A stretch of DNA of 64,000 bases from Mytilus californianus (lineage: Eukaryota), in NCBI RefSeq assembly GCF_021869535.1, contig NW_026262690.1, forward strand, positions 103,788,001 to 103,852,000. The letters are read 5' to 3'. The notes beneath the pieces were generated by a model. It was not told the DNA's origin. It worked only from the letters and a program-made list of their open reading frames with translations, and made no database searches. Positions 63,390 through 64,000 of this stretch are shown here, piece by piece (position 1 is the stretch's first letter; the number at the start of each line of letters is the position of its first letter). Both the position numbers and the translations under genes were made by a program.

Positions 63390-64000
63390 ATATACAGGAG
63401 GCGGAATTCTACAAAATAAACAATTTCATGAAATACGTTGAAATAACTGTTTATCTAATGCATAACTATTGGTAGTCTAGACCCATGGCGATTTATTAAG
63501 AGCTTGACATATAAACACATGGATATGTATACCCACATCTACTTTAAATTCAAACTTGTATACTTGAATTCTCTTTGTAATGTGTTTATCTACCAGAGAC
63601 CGAAGGACAAGGAAATAAACAATTATAGGTCACCCTACTGCCTTCAACATTGAGCAACCATGGCGTATAGTAAGCTATAAAAGACCCTGGAATCACAAGA
63701 TGTGAATCAGTTCAAAAGAAAAAACCAATAGTCGGGTTACATGTGTTAGTAAGCGTGTATGCGGGCATATGTTTATTTTGAAGAATAATATCATTATAAT
63801 CAACATTATTATATACTATGCATATCATGAAAACACGTCAAGATCGATTTCAGTCTTGCTACAGTTACCGTTCTTTAGTTATGTCGTTGAACGCGGCCCG
63901 AATCCTTTGGACATATAGACACTCCCCTTTTTTTGTTTACTTTTTTATGTATAGTTATTTTTAGAATTTTTTTAATTTTTTTTTAACTTTTTTAATGTGA

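Noticed and set aside
50200-64000. Host protein-coding exons
   Set aside because: Only short ORFs without recognisable domains among repeats; small spliced exons cannot be excluded without RNA data.

Overview
AT-rich eukaryotic genomic DNA, probably a bivalve mollusc (several interspersed repeats resemble Mytilus-type repeats as I recall them; this is inference). No host protein-coding gene is evident. Positions 1-24060 are the end of a tandem tRNA gene array with a 1135/1132-bp unit carrying tRNA-Arg(TCG) on + and tRNA-Lys(CTT) on - (13 and 12 intact copies). The array is broken six times at the same nucleotide of tRNA-Lys(CTT), leaving 52-nt 3' fragments at 6394, 12740, 24009, 24545, 32844 and 39230. 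Each break is followed by an A-tailed, minus-strand insertion. One is a near-complete Tx1/L1-clade retrotransposon (12792-20478). Four are older Tx1 relics stacked head-to-tail (24061-49516). One is a 1.56-kb element with no RT or endonuclease that carries a single intact 287-aa ORF of unknown family (6446-8003). After every insertion the array resumes about 77-319 bp before the cut site, so the target site is re-presented beyond each element. Nested elements include Helentron/HINE-like repeats and an Ngaro-type tyrosine-recombinase retrotransposon with split direct repeats. A degenerate terminal array unit lies at about 49.5-50.15 kb, and 50-64 kb is repeat-rich intergenic DNA.
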